Shown: positions 11,294-24,816, numbered from the stretch's first letter. The stretch is DNA of 54,136 bases from Octopus sinensis (GCF_006345805.1 NW_021833840.1:1-54136), one strand, 5' to 3'. Notes: generated by a model from the sequence alone, not told the origin. Program-made: numbers and translations.

Positions 11294-12510
11294 CATACAA
11301 CTGGAATAGCAAGTTCTTGTATCTGAGAGTCATACATTTGTAGCAACAAGGTCTTATATCTGAGTATAATACACCTGTCACAATAAGGTATCGTACCTAA
11401 CACACATGATCGTAACAGCAATATCTCGTACCTGAGCATCAAACAAATGTAATAGCAGTGTCTTCTAGTTGAGCATCATACAACAGTAACAGTAAAGTCT
11501 CGTATTTGAGTAACATTTACCTGTAACAGTAAGGTTTTGTATCTCACCGTTATATAACTGTAACAGAAAAGTCTCATATATGTGTAACATACAACTGTAA
11601 CCGCAAGGTATTGTGTCTCAATGTTATATAACTGTAACAAGATTCTCATATTTGAGTGTCATATAACTGTAACTGCAAAGTCTTGTATATCAGTATTATA
11701 CAATTCAACAGAAAAGTGCGGTAGCTGAGCGTCACACAATTACAACAGCAGTGTCTTGTATCTGATCGTCACGCATCAGTAACTACGAGGTGTGATAGCA
11801 GAGCGTCAGGCAAATGTAAAAATAATGTCTCCTGTCTTATCGTCATACTATCAACCACACCGTTTCGTATACCGCTGTGACAGCAATGTTTAATATCTCA
11901 GTAACATGAAGGACCAACCCCTTCGGTCACAAGTGACCATGGGATCACACCTCTCCGGGGCACAAGTCCGGGCAAGGTTATTTATGGAAGACCAGCAGTT
12001 ACCCATGCATACTAGCCTCCCTTCTTCATGCCACCGATGTTATCTAAGGGAAAGGCAAAGGCCGACACAGCTTGGCACTAGTGACATCGAAACTCATTTC
12101 TACAGCCGAGTGAAGTGGAGCAACGTGAAATAAAGTGCCTTGCTCAAGAGCACAACATGCAGCATGGTCCGGGAATCAAATTCACTATCTCATGATTACA
12201 AGCCCGATATTCTAACCACTGAGCTATGTGCCTTCCCATATCAGTAACATACAACAGTAGCAGTAATCTATTGTATCTATTCCTTATGCAGCTGTACCAG
12301 AAATGCCTCATCGGTTGAGCATCATACAGTTGTAATAGATATATCATGTAGCTGTCTATCATACAACTGTAAAGAAAGATCTGATAGCTGAGCCTCATAC
12401 AACTGGTTTCGTATCGTATCTGAGTGTTGTACTCAAATGCGAAACGAAACCATTCTATTCCTGTTAGAAAAGGAATAGCAAGGAATCTGAGCATCACACA
12501 TTACAGCAAG
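11294..12510. repeat. Degenerate 37 bp minisatellite interrupted by a SINE
   Basis: Consensus about catacaactgtaacagcaaggtcttgtatctgagcat; units start at 11294, 11331, 11368 and so on; array resumes after 12240. Confidence 0.85.
11908..12240 (-). mobile_element. SINE family D (tRNA head plus ttgagcaag-cactttatttcacgttgctcc core)
   Basis: A-box-like tagctcagtggtta; candidate TSD tcagtaacat at 11898-11907 and 12241-12250. Confidence 0.85.
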
Positions 12511-12719
12511 AACTCTTATTAATTTAAGATATTTCCTTTTCCTGTTATTTTCCATTTTCTGTTATGGTTAAGCTAAAAGGTGTAAATGCAATAAGCATAT
12601 CCCACCTTTTTCAGATCCCTCGGTACCGGTGGGAACAAGTTATCATCGGACCGGAAACCTAGTTGAAAGGCTTAGAACAAGTGCTAAAAATACCCAAGAC
12701 CCAAGTGGTGGCAGCTGCG

Positions 12720-13440
12720 GCAGAGGTGGAGGTGGTTGTTGTTGTTGTTGTTGTTTTGCTGCTGCTGCTGCTGCTACTGCTACTCGTGATTTTTGATATT
12801 GGTGTTGGCCGTAATGATGGTTGTGGTTGTAGTTGTAGTGGTGGTGATGGTGGTGGTGATTATGGTGGTGGTGGTAGTGGTGGTGATGATGTCGACGACG
12901 ATGGTAATCGTGTTAGTGCTTGTGGTGGTGTTGCTGGTGGGGACGGTAGTGTTGATGGCGGTGGTGGTTGTGTTGATGGCGGGGGTTGTGGTGGTGGTAG
13001 CGATGATGATGGTCGTTGTTGTACAGTGATGATGATGGTTGGAGTGATAGTGGTGGTGGTGGTGGAGATGGGGGTGTGGTGGTGGCGATGGGGGTATGCT
13101 GCTGGTATTGATGGTGGTGGTAGTGATGCTGATGGTGGATTTGATGTTTTAGTGATGCTCCTGCTCTTGCCAGGGTGGTGTGGGTGCTGGTAGTGGCGGT
13201 GGTGGTGTTAGTGGTGGAGGTGGTGGGGGTGGTGGTCGTCGTCTTCGTGATGGTGGTAGTCAACGTCGTCATGGTCGTGGTCATTGTCGTGGTCGTGGTG
13301 GTGGTGATGGTGGTAGTCATCTTCGTGGTGGTGGTGGTGGTGGTGGTCGTCGTCGTCGTCGTCACCGTCGTCGTGGTGATGGTGGTAGTCATCATCGTCG
13401 TCGTCGTCGTCGTCGTGGCCGTGGTGATGGTGGTGGTGGA
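12720..13440. repeat. Degenerate (GGT)n/(GTC)n triplet field
   Basis: Directly visible. Confidence 0.93.
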
Positions 13441-13529
13441 AAACCGAGCAACAGCTTATAGCGTTTCAAACAAGACGACATTTAAGTCTTTGAGCAAAAA
13501 TGAAAACATAATCCTTCTTTACTACATCT

Positions 13530-13564
<35 letters not shown>

Positions 13565-13829
13565 ACACACACACACAAACATACACACACACACACGTTT
13601 ACACAGCAAAACGTCGCCCTCTCCCATCACACACAGACACATACGTATACCCACATACATACACCCACGAGCATAGGCACACATATATCCACATATACAT
13701 ATACAAAACACATACATTCATACAAATTCATTCTTAACTGCTCTGAAGTGTAAGCATCAATGTACCAGCTTCAGTTCCGCACAATCGAAGAATAAGTTCC
13801 AGGACCATTCTCTTTTCTTGGTGAAGATC

Positions 13830-14230
13830 ATATGTATGTATGTATGTTTGTATGTATGTATGTATGCCTCTGTTTGTATGTATATATGTATATGTGTATG
13901 TATGAATGTGTATGTATGTATGTGTGTGTGTATGTATGTATGTGTGTATGTATGTATGTATGTATGTATGTATGTGTGTGTATGTATGTATGTATCTATG
14001 TATGTGTTTATGTATGTATGTATGTGTATGTATGTATGTGTGTATGTATGTATGTATGTATGTATGTATGCATGTATGCATGTATGTATGTATGTATGTA
14101 TGTATGTATGTATGTATGTATGTATGTATGTATGTATGTATGTGTTTATGTATGTGTACGTATGTATGTATGCATGTATGTATGTGTATGTATATATGTA
14201 TGTATAAATGTATGTATGTATGCATGAATG
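13830..14230. repeat. (ATGT)n microsatellite
   Basis: Directly visible. Confidence 0.95.
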
Positions 14231-14531
14231 TATGTGTCAGTCTGTATATATATAAATATGAATGAACGAATGAATGAACACATGTATGTGAGTATATGCG
14301 TGTGTATGCGTGTGTGTGTGTGTATGTGTGTGTGTGTGTGTGCGTTCCTGCTTGTGTGTCAAAATCTATGTCTACAGGGCTGGATGTACGCATGTATGTA
14401 TGTAATACACATACACATATATATATATGCATACAAATATATGTACATACATATATAAATTTACATATTAGCAACTTATCGTATGTATATTTATGTATAC
14501 AAATATTCCTCTCCCCCCTCTCTCTTTCTCT

Positions 14532-14587
<56 letters not shown>

Positions 14588-14625
14588 TCACACGCATAAT
14601 ATATACAGAGATAGTTACATCCACG

Positions 14626-14657
<32 letters not shown>

Positions 14658-16256
14658 TACAAACATATGTACATAATATATATTCATATGTATCCATGTG
14701 TGAATTTATAAATATATATATATATCCACATATGTACATAATGCACACAGAAATGTAGATATTTATTCTAGCACTTATACGCACATATATCTCTATGCAT
14801 TTATGTATAAAAATGTCTTTATTATATGCATATATAAATGTATAAATGTGCAAATGTATTTATCTCTGTATTTGCACATATACATATGTCCATACATAAA
14901 GACTTACACATATATGTGTACATATGCACATATGTATATATTAAATGTATATGTATATATATATATATGTATGTATGTATATGTATATGTATATAACTAA
15001 TCAAGTCTGTTAGCCTAAGGGACAGCGTGTTTCAATTTTTAACAGTTGGTTTTAGCTGCGAACCCATCTCTTGACACAGCAATGATGATATATCCGTATC
15101 AGAATTCATTGATTGGGTGAAATGATGCTTGGCTTGCTGTGCAGATCAATAGAAAATCGATATATCTTAATTCCTTTATTTGATGATGGATCTGTCTCTT
15201 ATCATGTGTAGAATCATAAATATCTTATCAAAAATGCATTAGTGGAGCCTATTATACCCGAGGGCCTACTAAGCTTTTATGGTCAACCCTTTTATCTTCT
15301 TACACTTAATTTCCTCACAAATATTATCAGCTGCATCGAATGGTTAGTAGGGTAACTCTATTGTTTGTTCTTCAACCCAAAACTTTTATTACTCAACACC
15401 TATCAGCTAAAGTCTCGAACATTGAGTGACAGTGATTCTAAAATATCTGTCCTTTACGTAAACGATGTATATGTATATATGTATATATGTATATATATAT
15501 GTGTGTGTGTTTGTGTGTCTCTGTGATGGGTCAGAGAAAGAGAGAGTGAAAGAGAGAGGGGGGGTTGAGAGATGTAAGTGGGAATGAGGAACGGGGTGGA
15601 AATGGCGCTGGCTCGAATTAAAGCTGTAAGAAATAAAAGTATTACATCTGACTCTCTTTTCCTGTATCTATCTTTCTCTTTATCTCTGTCTCTGGCTGTC
15701 TCTTTCTTTCTCTCTATCGCTTCGTCTCTGTTTCTTTTCCTCTCGCTCGGTGTCCCTCTCTTTCATATCACCTTATTGCTCCCTCCTCGCTCGCTCTCCC
15801 TCGCTCTCTCTCTCTCGCTTTCTCTCTTTATGTCTGCTTCAACTCCCATTACACGTATTCATCTCAAATCAGTCGCAATGAGATATGTGTAAACAAGAGC
15901 ACACACAGACTTACTACCTCTATTTCTTGTGCTTTGAAAATGTTCAGCTTTTAGTAACAGCAGCAGCAGCAGCAGCAGCTCAAACAGTAGCAGCAGCCTT
16001 AGTTATATCAAACAGCAATGGCAGCAGCAACGGCGGAAGCAGCAGCAGCAGCAACAAAAAGTGCCATAGCAGGACCAACAGCAGCAACAGCAGCAGCCGG
16101 CTGCAGCAATATCAACTGCAAAAGCATCGCCAGCAGCAGTGGCAACTAGAAATAATAGCTAAAATGTCCCTCAATTTACACACTCCAAAATTCTTACCTA
16201 TCACAAGCACACTAGACAATCTAGTCCATGACACACACACACACACACACACGCAT

Positions 16257-16296
<40 letters not shown>

Positions 16297-16306
16297 ATAC
16301 ACAAAC

Positions 16307-16338
<32 letters not shown>

Positions 16339-17025
16339 GTATATACACAAACATATATTCATATATGTATACATATATATACATATATACATATATACAT
16401 ATATAGCATATATACATATATGTATACATATATATATATACATATATACATATATACATATATGTATACATATATGTATATATGTTTGTATTGTGTCCGC
16501 GTGTGTGTGCGTGCGTGTGTGTTCGCATGTGTGTGTGTGTGTGTATAAAGATCGAGCTTACCACGGCTGGATTATCTTGGATCATAAGTTTGCTCAACCA
16601 GAGGTGATCTGGAGATAAACCATTGCCACCACCACCACCACCACCATCACAACAACTGTAATAATGACCTGGCATGACCGCCACGACATCAACACAATAG
16701 TAGTTAGAATAATTGTCCTTGAAAGCGGTTCTCTAAAATTCCTAAAAATAGCAGCGCATAATCTTTGACTACATAACTGAAAACTTCTCAATATAATTTT
16801 TAAAACCACATGAGATATTGGAGTTCTACACGATCCTAAAAAGGTGGGATAGTCACAGCTGGAACGTCTTTGAGCATAAATCAGTTGGATCAGGCTTGAT
16901 ACAACAATCACCACTGTTCTTGCTTTTATGTTAGCGCCTGGTGTATACCTAAGCAAAGTAACTTACCTCTACTCACCCATTCTGAAGCCTTACTCATGTT
17001 CATTGAAGACCTTGTTACTTCAATT

Positions 17026-17616
17026 CACGTGATCACGTGACCAACCAAGCAATCAAATGTTGTTATACATCGCTGGCCATAACGCGCTTTTCGCATTATT
17101 TTAGCCTTCAAATGATGCCACCCGGCTGGGTAGGAGGGCAAGCCAACAATCCCCCTTGATCGACGAGGAACTGGAAGAATGTGAAATGAAGTGCTTTGCT
17201 CAAGAACAGCATCGGCAGCAGCAGTGGAAACTAGAAATAACAGCTAAAATCTCCCTCAATTTACACACTCCAAAATTCTTACGTATCACAAGCACACTAG
17301 ACAATCGAGTCCATGACACACACACACGCATACACATATATATATGTATGTATATACACAAACATATATACATATATGTATATATATATACATATATACA
17401 TATATACATATATACATATATACATATATAACATATATACATATATGTATACATATATATATACATATATATACATATATACATGTATACATATCGACGA
17501 GGAACTGGAAGAATGTGAAATGAAGTGCTTTGCTCAAGAACACAGCGTGAGCCCAGCCAGGAAATAGAACCCACAATCTAGCGATCGTGAGTGCAACAGC
17601 CGAACTACTAAGCCAC
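17026..17616 (-). mobile_element. Chimeric SINE (D-type head/core, F-type cacgtgatcacgtga tail), interrupted by a 284 bp local insertion
   Basis: Core matches 25030-25070; tail matches 52360-52461; insert 17209-17492. Confidence 0.75.
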
Positions 17617-18379
17617 TTCAAGTAATTTGCTAAAACGACAGAGATTTTCCCAACGATTACCTTTCATGAATTACGCTTCTTTTCACCATCATAGCTCAAC
17701 ATTTAGACTGCCTACTGGCAGAATCGTTAAAGCGTAATAAACGTTAACTCATCTCACATCATCCTCCAATGAATCTACCCTTGCTCACTGAAACCCCTGG
17801 TAGCATAAATAATTTGTAATCTACTAAAACGATGGATATTTGCCACCGACTACCTTTTCTTTATGTTTCTAGTCATAATTACAGCTCAGCATTTAATTTG
17901 CCAACTGGCAAAGTCGTCGAAGCGTAAGGCAAAATATCCTACGGTATCTGTTTCAGCTCTCTGTGCTCTGTGTTTGGTACATAGTCTCTGGCACCTCATT
18001 TAACTTGCAGACATTTTTGCACAGTGATTTGTAAAGCAGAACGTACTGGAAGGCTGAAACCAGCCACTAACTTGTGTGAAACGTGTCTATAAATTGGATT
18101 AATCTTGCATTAGTTTATAAGGCTTACAATCCAAACCCTTAAGTACATATACAAATCTGGAAGGGATATGGATTGTACCAAGATGATATGTCAAGGATAT
18201 GACCAATCGACCTGCTAGAAATAGTGACTAAATTTCCACCGTCATACAAAAGGGGAACATATTGATTAATGTCCAGCTAGTTATACAATACGTGATCGTC
18301 AAAGTTGGAACGTCTTTGATCATAAATCTGACCTGACCTTAAACAAGAAGAATTAACAACAATAAAAAACTCATTTAAG

Positions 18380-19169
18380 TATATCATCTTGATTACGCAA
18401 CCTGGCGGTATGGTCAAGGATGGAACATCTATGTTCACGGATGCTCACATCAGGACTGACCGGGGCCAAAGAACAACGATAAGTGTTTCTAATTTGGAAG
18501 AAACCGAGACGATCTACAAAGAGTACTTTGTAGAAGCTTTTAGGGTGTTCAGGAAGAGATTTCATCGCAAAAGACCAGAGCACCAGGAGAACGCACCAGT
18601 CCGAAATTCCATCTTGATATCAAACATGACAGAGATTGTCATCAAGACTATCCCTCATCCCCTCCCTACAGTCTTGAGGAGTAGTTTTCAAATAGGGTCC
18701 ACATGGCCCTTGGAGGTCAATAAAAGATTTTGATGTTGAAGTTTATGTACAATAAATTGTTTATACTTCCACAATACACAAATCTTTTTTAAATACAAAT
18801 CCTAATAATACTTAGTTATAAAAATATAACGTGATATTCTTAAACACCAAATGGCTTTGTGGGGGCCATCCGAGTAAAAGAGGAACCAAAGGGGCCCATG
18901 CTTGAGAAACACAAGTCTAAAGTTTACTCTCGTTGACTTGCGATTCCTTCCCAAGCTGAAGGAGAAACTGAAGTGGCGTGTGACAAGTGCTCTGGACACT
19001 TTCACTTTTGGAGACTTCTGAGAGAACGTCGCAAAGAAGTTGGAACGCATCAACAGATGCATTGTTGTCAAAGGGTCCTATTTTGAAGGAGATTATCGTT
19101 ATGTACATTCTTGAGGTTAATAAATGTCTCTCATGGGAAAGTCACAAAACTTTTGGAATGCACCTTGTA
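18380..19169 (+). mobile_element. Decayed mariner transposase with 3' TIR
   Basis: TIYKEYFVEAFRVFRKRFHRKRPEHQENAPVRNSILISN..IKTIPHP; after removing the nested MITE it continues YSLEFTLVDLRFLPKLKEKL..TFTFGDF*..KKLERINRCIVVKGSYFEGD (mariner HxDNAPxH, YSPDLAPCDF and GxYFE motifs). TIR gtcacaaaacttttggaatgcaccttg plus TA at 19141-19169. Confidence 0.85.
18679..18914. mobile_element. Charlie-type hAT MITE nested in the mariner
   Basis: Ends gagtagttttcaaa and ttgagaaacacaa resemble CAGTGKTTCTCAA TIRs. The 8 bp flanks gtcttgag and gtctaaag are each one change from GTCTAGAG (Charlie NTCTAGAN target). Confidence 0.72.
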
Positions 19170-19802
19170 GGAGAATAATTCCAAGTTCATCTCCAATGAT
19201 TCTAGTATTTTGCAATGCCATGTATAAGCAGTAGTCACTAGTGGTAGATGTTGTTGTGCCCCTCGTTCTGGTTTTTGCTTATTACCAGATCGAACGTTAC
19301 CGATCAGACTTATGATAAAAATAGTCCAACCATGAGCATCCCGTCTTTCCCTTATGTACAGGAAACCAGACCCAAGTTACGCAACGTGTATATTCTAATA
19401 CAGTAGACTATGTGTGCATGTACCTTGGTGTAACCAAATGTGTGTATGTTTGAGGGATGTATGTGCGTGTGTTAGTGCGTAGACTATTTGTTAGGGTGTT
19501 GCAGTCACGATCTCGAGATCATAGCTTCAATTTCTGGACCACGTGGCCTGTTGTATTCTGGAGCAAAAACACTTCATCTTGCGTTGCTCTACAATCATAT
19601 CAACACCTTACATGTACACCGTGGTGGCACGCCCTGCACCAGTTCGGCCACCGTCGGTTTGATGGAATGGGTGAGCTAATGTAAAAGTACATACATTTGA
19701 TCGCTATAAGCAAATCCTTTGTGCCGGTCGTTTGGCTTGAAATTGCAAAACTCTGTTTCTTGGACCAGGAGAAACTACCATCATTATTATACACATATTA
19801 GC

Positions 19803-20235
19803 AAGCGAGCAAGCAGAATCGTTAGCACTCAGGGCGAAATGCTAAACGGTATTTCGTCTCTCTTGGCGGCGAGCTTGCAGAAACGTTAGCACGCCGGGTG
19901 AAATGCTTAGCGGTATTTCGTCTGCGTTACGTTGTGAGTTCAAATTCCGCTGAGGTCGACTTTGCCTTTCATTCTTTCGGTGTCGATAAATTAAGTACCA
20001 GTTACGCACTGGGGTCGATGTAATCGACTTAATACCTATGTCTCTCCTTGTTTGTCCCCTCTGTGTTTAGCCCCTTGTGGGTAATAAAGAAATAGGTATT
20101 TCGTCTCTCTTCACGTTCAAATGCCACAGGGGTCGACCAGCCTTTTAGCCATTCGGGATCGATAAATTAAGTACTGGTTACAAACTAGGGTCGATGTAAT
20201 CGACTGGTCCCCTCCCCACAAATTTCAGGCTCTGT
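19803..20235 (+). mobile_element. Older SINE A2 interrupted by SINE A1 (19865-20094)
   Basis: 17 bp TSD ggtatttcgtctctctt at 19848-19864 and 20095-20111; outer copy ends ..agtagaaagga(tta)n. Confidence 0.9.
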
Positions 20236-20252
20236 GTCTATAGTAGAAAGGA

Positions 20253-20331
<79 letters not shown>

Positions 20332-20356
20332 CATTATTATTATTATTATCATTATT

Positions 20357-20575
20357 AAGGCGGCGAGGTGGCAAAACCGTTAGCACGCTGGGGTAAATGA
20401 TTAGCAGCACTTAGTCCGTCAGCACGCTCTGAGTTCAAATTCCGCCGAGGGTCGACCTTACCTTTCATCCTTTCGGGGTCGATAATATAATTACTAGTTG
20501 AGTACTGGGGTCGATGGAATCGGCTAGCCCCTCTACCAAAATTTTAGGCCCTGTGCCTTGAGTAGAAAGGATTAT
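20357..20575 (+). mobile_element. SINE family A2
   Basis: A head, central domain and ccttgagtagaaaggattatt tail. Confidence 0.88.
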
Positions 20576-20622
20576 TACACACACACACACACGCACACAC
20601 ACACACACACACATACATATAT

Positions 20623-20843
20623 ACTCTTTTCCTATCTTACTTGCTTCAGTCATGTGACTGTGGCCATGCTGGAGCACCGCCTTTAGTCGAGCAAATCGAC
20701 CCCAGGACTTATTCTTTGTAAGCCTAGTACTTATTCTATCGGTCTCTTTTGCCAAACCGCTAAGTTACGGGGACGTAAACACACCAGCATCAGTTTTCAA
20801 GCGATGTTGAGGGGACAAACACAGACACACAAACATACACATA

Positions 20844-20914
<71 letters not shown>

Positions 20915-21480
20915 ATATAAACGGCAGTTTGTCTGTGCGTTTTCTGTTCTGTGTTTGTTTCTCGTACCCTCACCCTGACCACGGCTTTCAACCGATTCTG
21001 ATGAACTTGACACACAATAGCCCATGTCATAATTCAAAACTAACGCAGCGAAAATTTTGAAAAGTTTCCCCAGTTCTGAAAAATATCGATAATTCGACAT
21101 GGGGTCGAGAATCAGAAACCCAAACCACAGACCATCTAGGGTGCGCAACTCCACCTTTCTTAACTCTCAAAAAAAATTTACCATCATTTTTTTTCCATTT
21201 TTTTGCTATTTTTTGGCTATAACTCTCTAAAAATGCTTTATAGTTATTTCCCTTACAAACCTGAGCAACGCCGGGCGATACTGCTAGTATATATATATAT
21301 ATATATACATATATACGACGGGCTTCGTTCGGTTTCCGTCTACCAAATACACTCACAAAGCTTTGGTCGGCCCGAGGCCATAGTAGAAGACACTTGCCCA
21401 AGGTGCCACGCAGTGGGACTGAACCCGGAACCATGTGGTTCGTAACCAGGTTCCTCACCACACGGCCACTCCCACGCCTA
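20623..21480 (-). mobile_element. SINE family B split by a Helitron inside its internal (AT)n
   Basis: 3' half 20623-20860 and 5' half 21305-21480 are both homologous to 5277-5679. Confidence 0.9.
20910..21287 (+). mobile_element. Non-autonomous Helitron (about 378 bp)
   Basis: Starts A|TC, ends CTAG|T, no TSD, imperfect subterminal GC hairpin cctgagcaacgccggg just before the end, internal ccgattctgatgaacttg motif. Confidence 0.82.
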
Positions 21481-21667
21481 TATATACATATATATATGTA
21501 TAATAGACACACGCACAGACACACACACACACACACATACGCACACGCACACAAACAAATTTGTATGCTTATGTGTGTGTGGGTATTTATATGTATGCGG
21601 GAATGTATGTTAGTGCGTACGTGTTTTGTTTGACACTGTGTGTGTGTGTGTGTGTTTGTGCGCGCGC

Positions 21668-21724
<57 letters not shown>

Positions 21725-21779
21725 TGTGTGTGTGCGTGTGTGTTTTGCTCGTGTTATCGTTCATCATTCCATGTAGGCA

Positions 21780-23330
21780 ACCGTAACAACGAATAACCTG
21801 CCACCGATACTGCAGATATACATCTTCACTACCAGCACCATCAACGCCAGTACCACAACCACCACCACCATTACCGCCTCCACCACCACCATCTCCACCA
21901 CCATCGCCACCACCACTACCATCATTACCGCCTCCACCACCAACATCTCCACCACCATCTCCACCACCACCACCATCATTACCACCATCTACATCACCAC
22001 CACCACTACCATCATTACCGCCTCCACCACCACCATCTCCACCACCACAACCACCACTACCATCATTACCGCCTCCACCATCACCATCTCCACCACCATC
22101 TCCACCACCATCTCCACCACCATCTACACCACCATCTCCACCACCATCTCCACCACCATCTACACCACCATCTCCACCACCATCTCCACCACCATCTACA
22201 CCACCATCTCCACCACCATCTCCACTACCACCATCTCCACCAACACCATCTCCACCACCACCATCTCCACCACCACCACCATCATTACCACCTCCATCAC
22301 GACCACCTCCACCACCACCATCATTACCGCCTCCACGACCATCACCACCACCACCATCAATGCCAGTACTACTCCTTCCACAAAGAGAACAGCTATTCCA
22401 CTCAACCATCATACCCCACCACGTCGCTCCTACCACAGCCACTACACTATCAATACTGACGTACATACGCCATCATCATTCTACACAAGACACACCCCCA
22501 TCACCACCACTACCACTACTACTACCACTATCACAAACATTATCACTACCATCACAACCACCACTAACTACTACTACTATCACCACCACAAATGCTATTA
22601 CAACCATTGTCACCACCATTACAACTACGACACCCACCACTAACATCACAAACACTATCACTACAATCGCAACCACCACAGCCACTACCCCCATCAGCAC
22701 CATCACAGCAACAACCCACATCACCACCACCAACACTACTACAGCCAACACAATCACTACAACTACCGCCCACTCTACACACCAAAACATCAGTACCAAC
22801 AACACCACCACAACCACATCTACCCCCATCGGCGACTGGAACCCAGACACCTCACCCCACCACGACTACTACAACCAGCACCATCACCACCACTACCACC
22901 ACCACCACCACAACTACCACTACCACCACAAACGTTACAGCTATCACCACCAGCACCACAACTACCACTACCACCACCACAACTACCCCACCACCACCAC
23001 CCACCACAACTACCACCACCACAACTACCACTACCACCACAAACGTTACAGCTACCACCACCAGCACCACAACTACCACTACCACCACCACAACTACCAC
23101 TACCACCACAAACGTTACAGCTACCACCACCAGCACCACAACTACCACTACCACCACCACCACTACCACCACCACCACCACCACAACTACTACCACCACC
23201 ACCACAACTACTACCACCACCACTACCACAACTACCACCACCACCACCACCACCACCACCACCACCACCCACTACCACCACCACCACCACCACCACCACC
23301 ACCACCACCACAACAGCCCCCTCCCACCAC
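21780..23330. repeat. Degenerate (ACC)n/(ACT)n triplet field
   Basis: Directly visible; contains three internal copies of accacaaacgttacagct. Confidence 0.92.
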
Positions 23331-23699
23331 TACTATATCTATATTAACTGCGGTTCAATGGTGACTAATTGAAAGACCAGTTTACAGGTGAATGTCACCA
23401 CGAAATGTCAGGCACAGGTGATGGAGGTGGTGGCGACGGTGTTGATGTTTGTGGTGGTGGTGGCAATGGTATTGGTGGTGGTGGTGGTGGTGGTAGTGGT
23501 GGTGGTTGTGGTGGTTGTGGTGGTGGTGGTGGTGAAGTAGCAGACATTGGTACAGAACAAGGAGTAAACACTAGTGTTCGTGTGTGGGTGGCAGGGTTGG
23601 GAATGCTGGTGAAGGTGGAGGCGTGAATGTCGAGGTTGTGACGACGGTCGTAGTGGCAATGGTGATGGTGGTGGATTGGTAGCTTGTGATAGGTATTGA

Positions 23700-23743
23700 T
23701 GGTGGCGGTGGTGGTCGTCGTCGTTGTAGTAGTAGTAGTAGTG

Positions 23744-23806
<63 letters not shown>

Positions 23807-23900
23807 ACAACAGCAGTCACAGCACAAGTAGCAGCGGCGGCAGCGGCGGTAGCGGAAGCAGCAGCAACAGTAGTAGTAGTAGTAGTATAGTAGTAGTAGC

Positions 23901-23931
<31 letters not shown>

Positions 23932-24078
23932 ATGATGGCAGTAATAGTAGTAGTAGTCGCAGCAGCAGTAGTAGTAGTTGTAGTAGTCGCATCAGCAGCA
24001 GCATTAGTAGTAGTTGTAGTAGTCGCAGCAGCAGCATTAGTAGTAGTGGTCGCAGCAGCAGCATTAGTAGTAGTGGTC

Positions 24079-24132
<54 letters not shown>

Positions 24133-24213
24133 ATTGTAGTAGTAGTAGTAGTAGTAGTAATAGTAGTAGTCACAGCAGTAGTCGCAGCAGTAGTTGCAGC
24201 ACTAGCAGTACTT

Positions 24214-24247
<34 letters not shown>

Positions 24248-24260
24248 CAGCAGTGGTGGT
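23700..24260. repeat. (AGT)n/(AGC)n triplet field
   Basis: Directly visible. Confidence 0.93.
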
Positions 24261-24816
24261 AGGGATGAGGGTGGTATGATAGTGGTGGCCGCACTGTGAT
24301 GGAATGGAAGAGCTGTGTTGCACTAATAGCGGCTGTGTTTGTGCACGCTGTATTAATAGTGGAGAAATGGCGAGTAAAGGTAAATATCCAGAGGTGCTTA
24401 CAGTGTGCTTGTTGTTCGACCGCAGCTCAGTTCTAGTCAAGGAGACATACCTTCAAAGGAATTCCAATCGTGACTATCCTGTCTTTATCCTACGTTCAGG
24501 AGGCATAAGACACCATTATCTCCCTTCTCTCTTTAGCTATCATATCCTGGATGTTCCACTGAGTTTGGATGGGAGAGCTGGAAAGACATCTCCACTAGCG
24601 ACAACACATGTGCCTAAAACAATTACCGAAGTATGGTACTTGTTACTAAATGATGGTTACTTGTGAATGACGGCTATGGTTCTTGATTTTGCCTTTTAAA
24701 TGGCATTAGCGTATAATATGACGAAAACTTGGCTCTCGCTGTGTAATTGTTCCCAGTGGTATAAGAACTGATTGTGATTTTAATGGTGTTGGTGCTCCCT
24801 TTTGATTGTACTATTA

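Noticed and set aside
11294-12510. CRISPR-like reading of the 37 bp periodic array
   Set aside because: Units abut with no unique spacers, no cas genes, eukaryotic context.
13734-14687. 317 aa ORF
   Set aside because: ATAC/AT microsatellite translation.
21027-22466. 479 aa Gly/Asp-rich ORF (longest in the track)
   Set aside because: Runs through a GGT field, a GT repeat, a SINE and a Helitron; composition is dictated by repeats.
22360-23364. Mucin-like Thr-rich or His-rich protein with NxT sequons
   Set aside because: The Thr-rich reading switches frame near 22850, all frames are open because ACC repeats lack stops, and there is no signal peptide or splice support.
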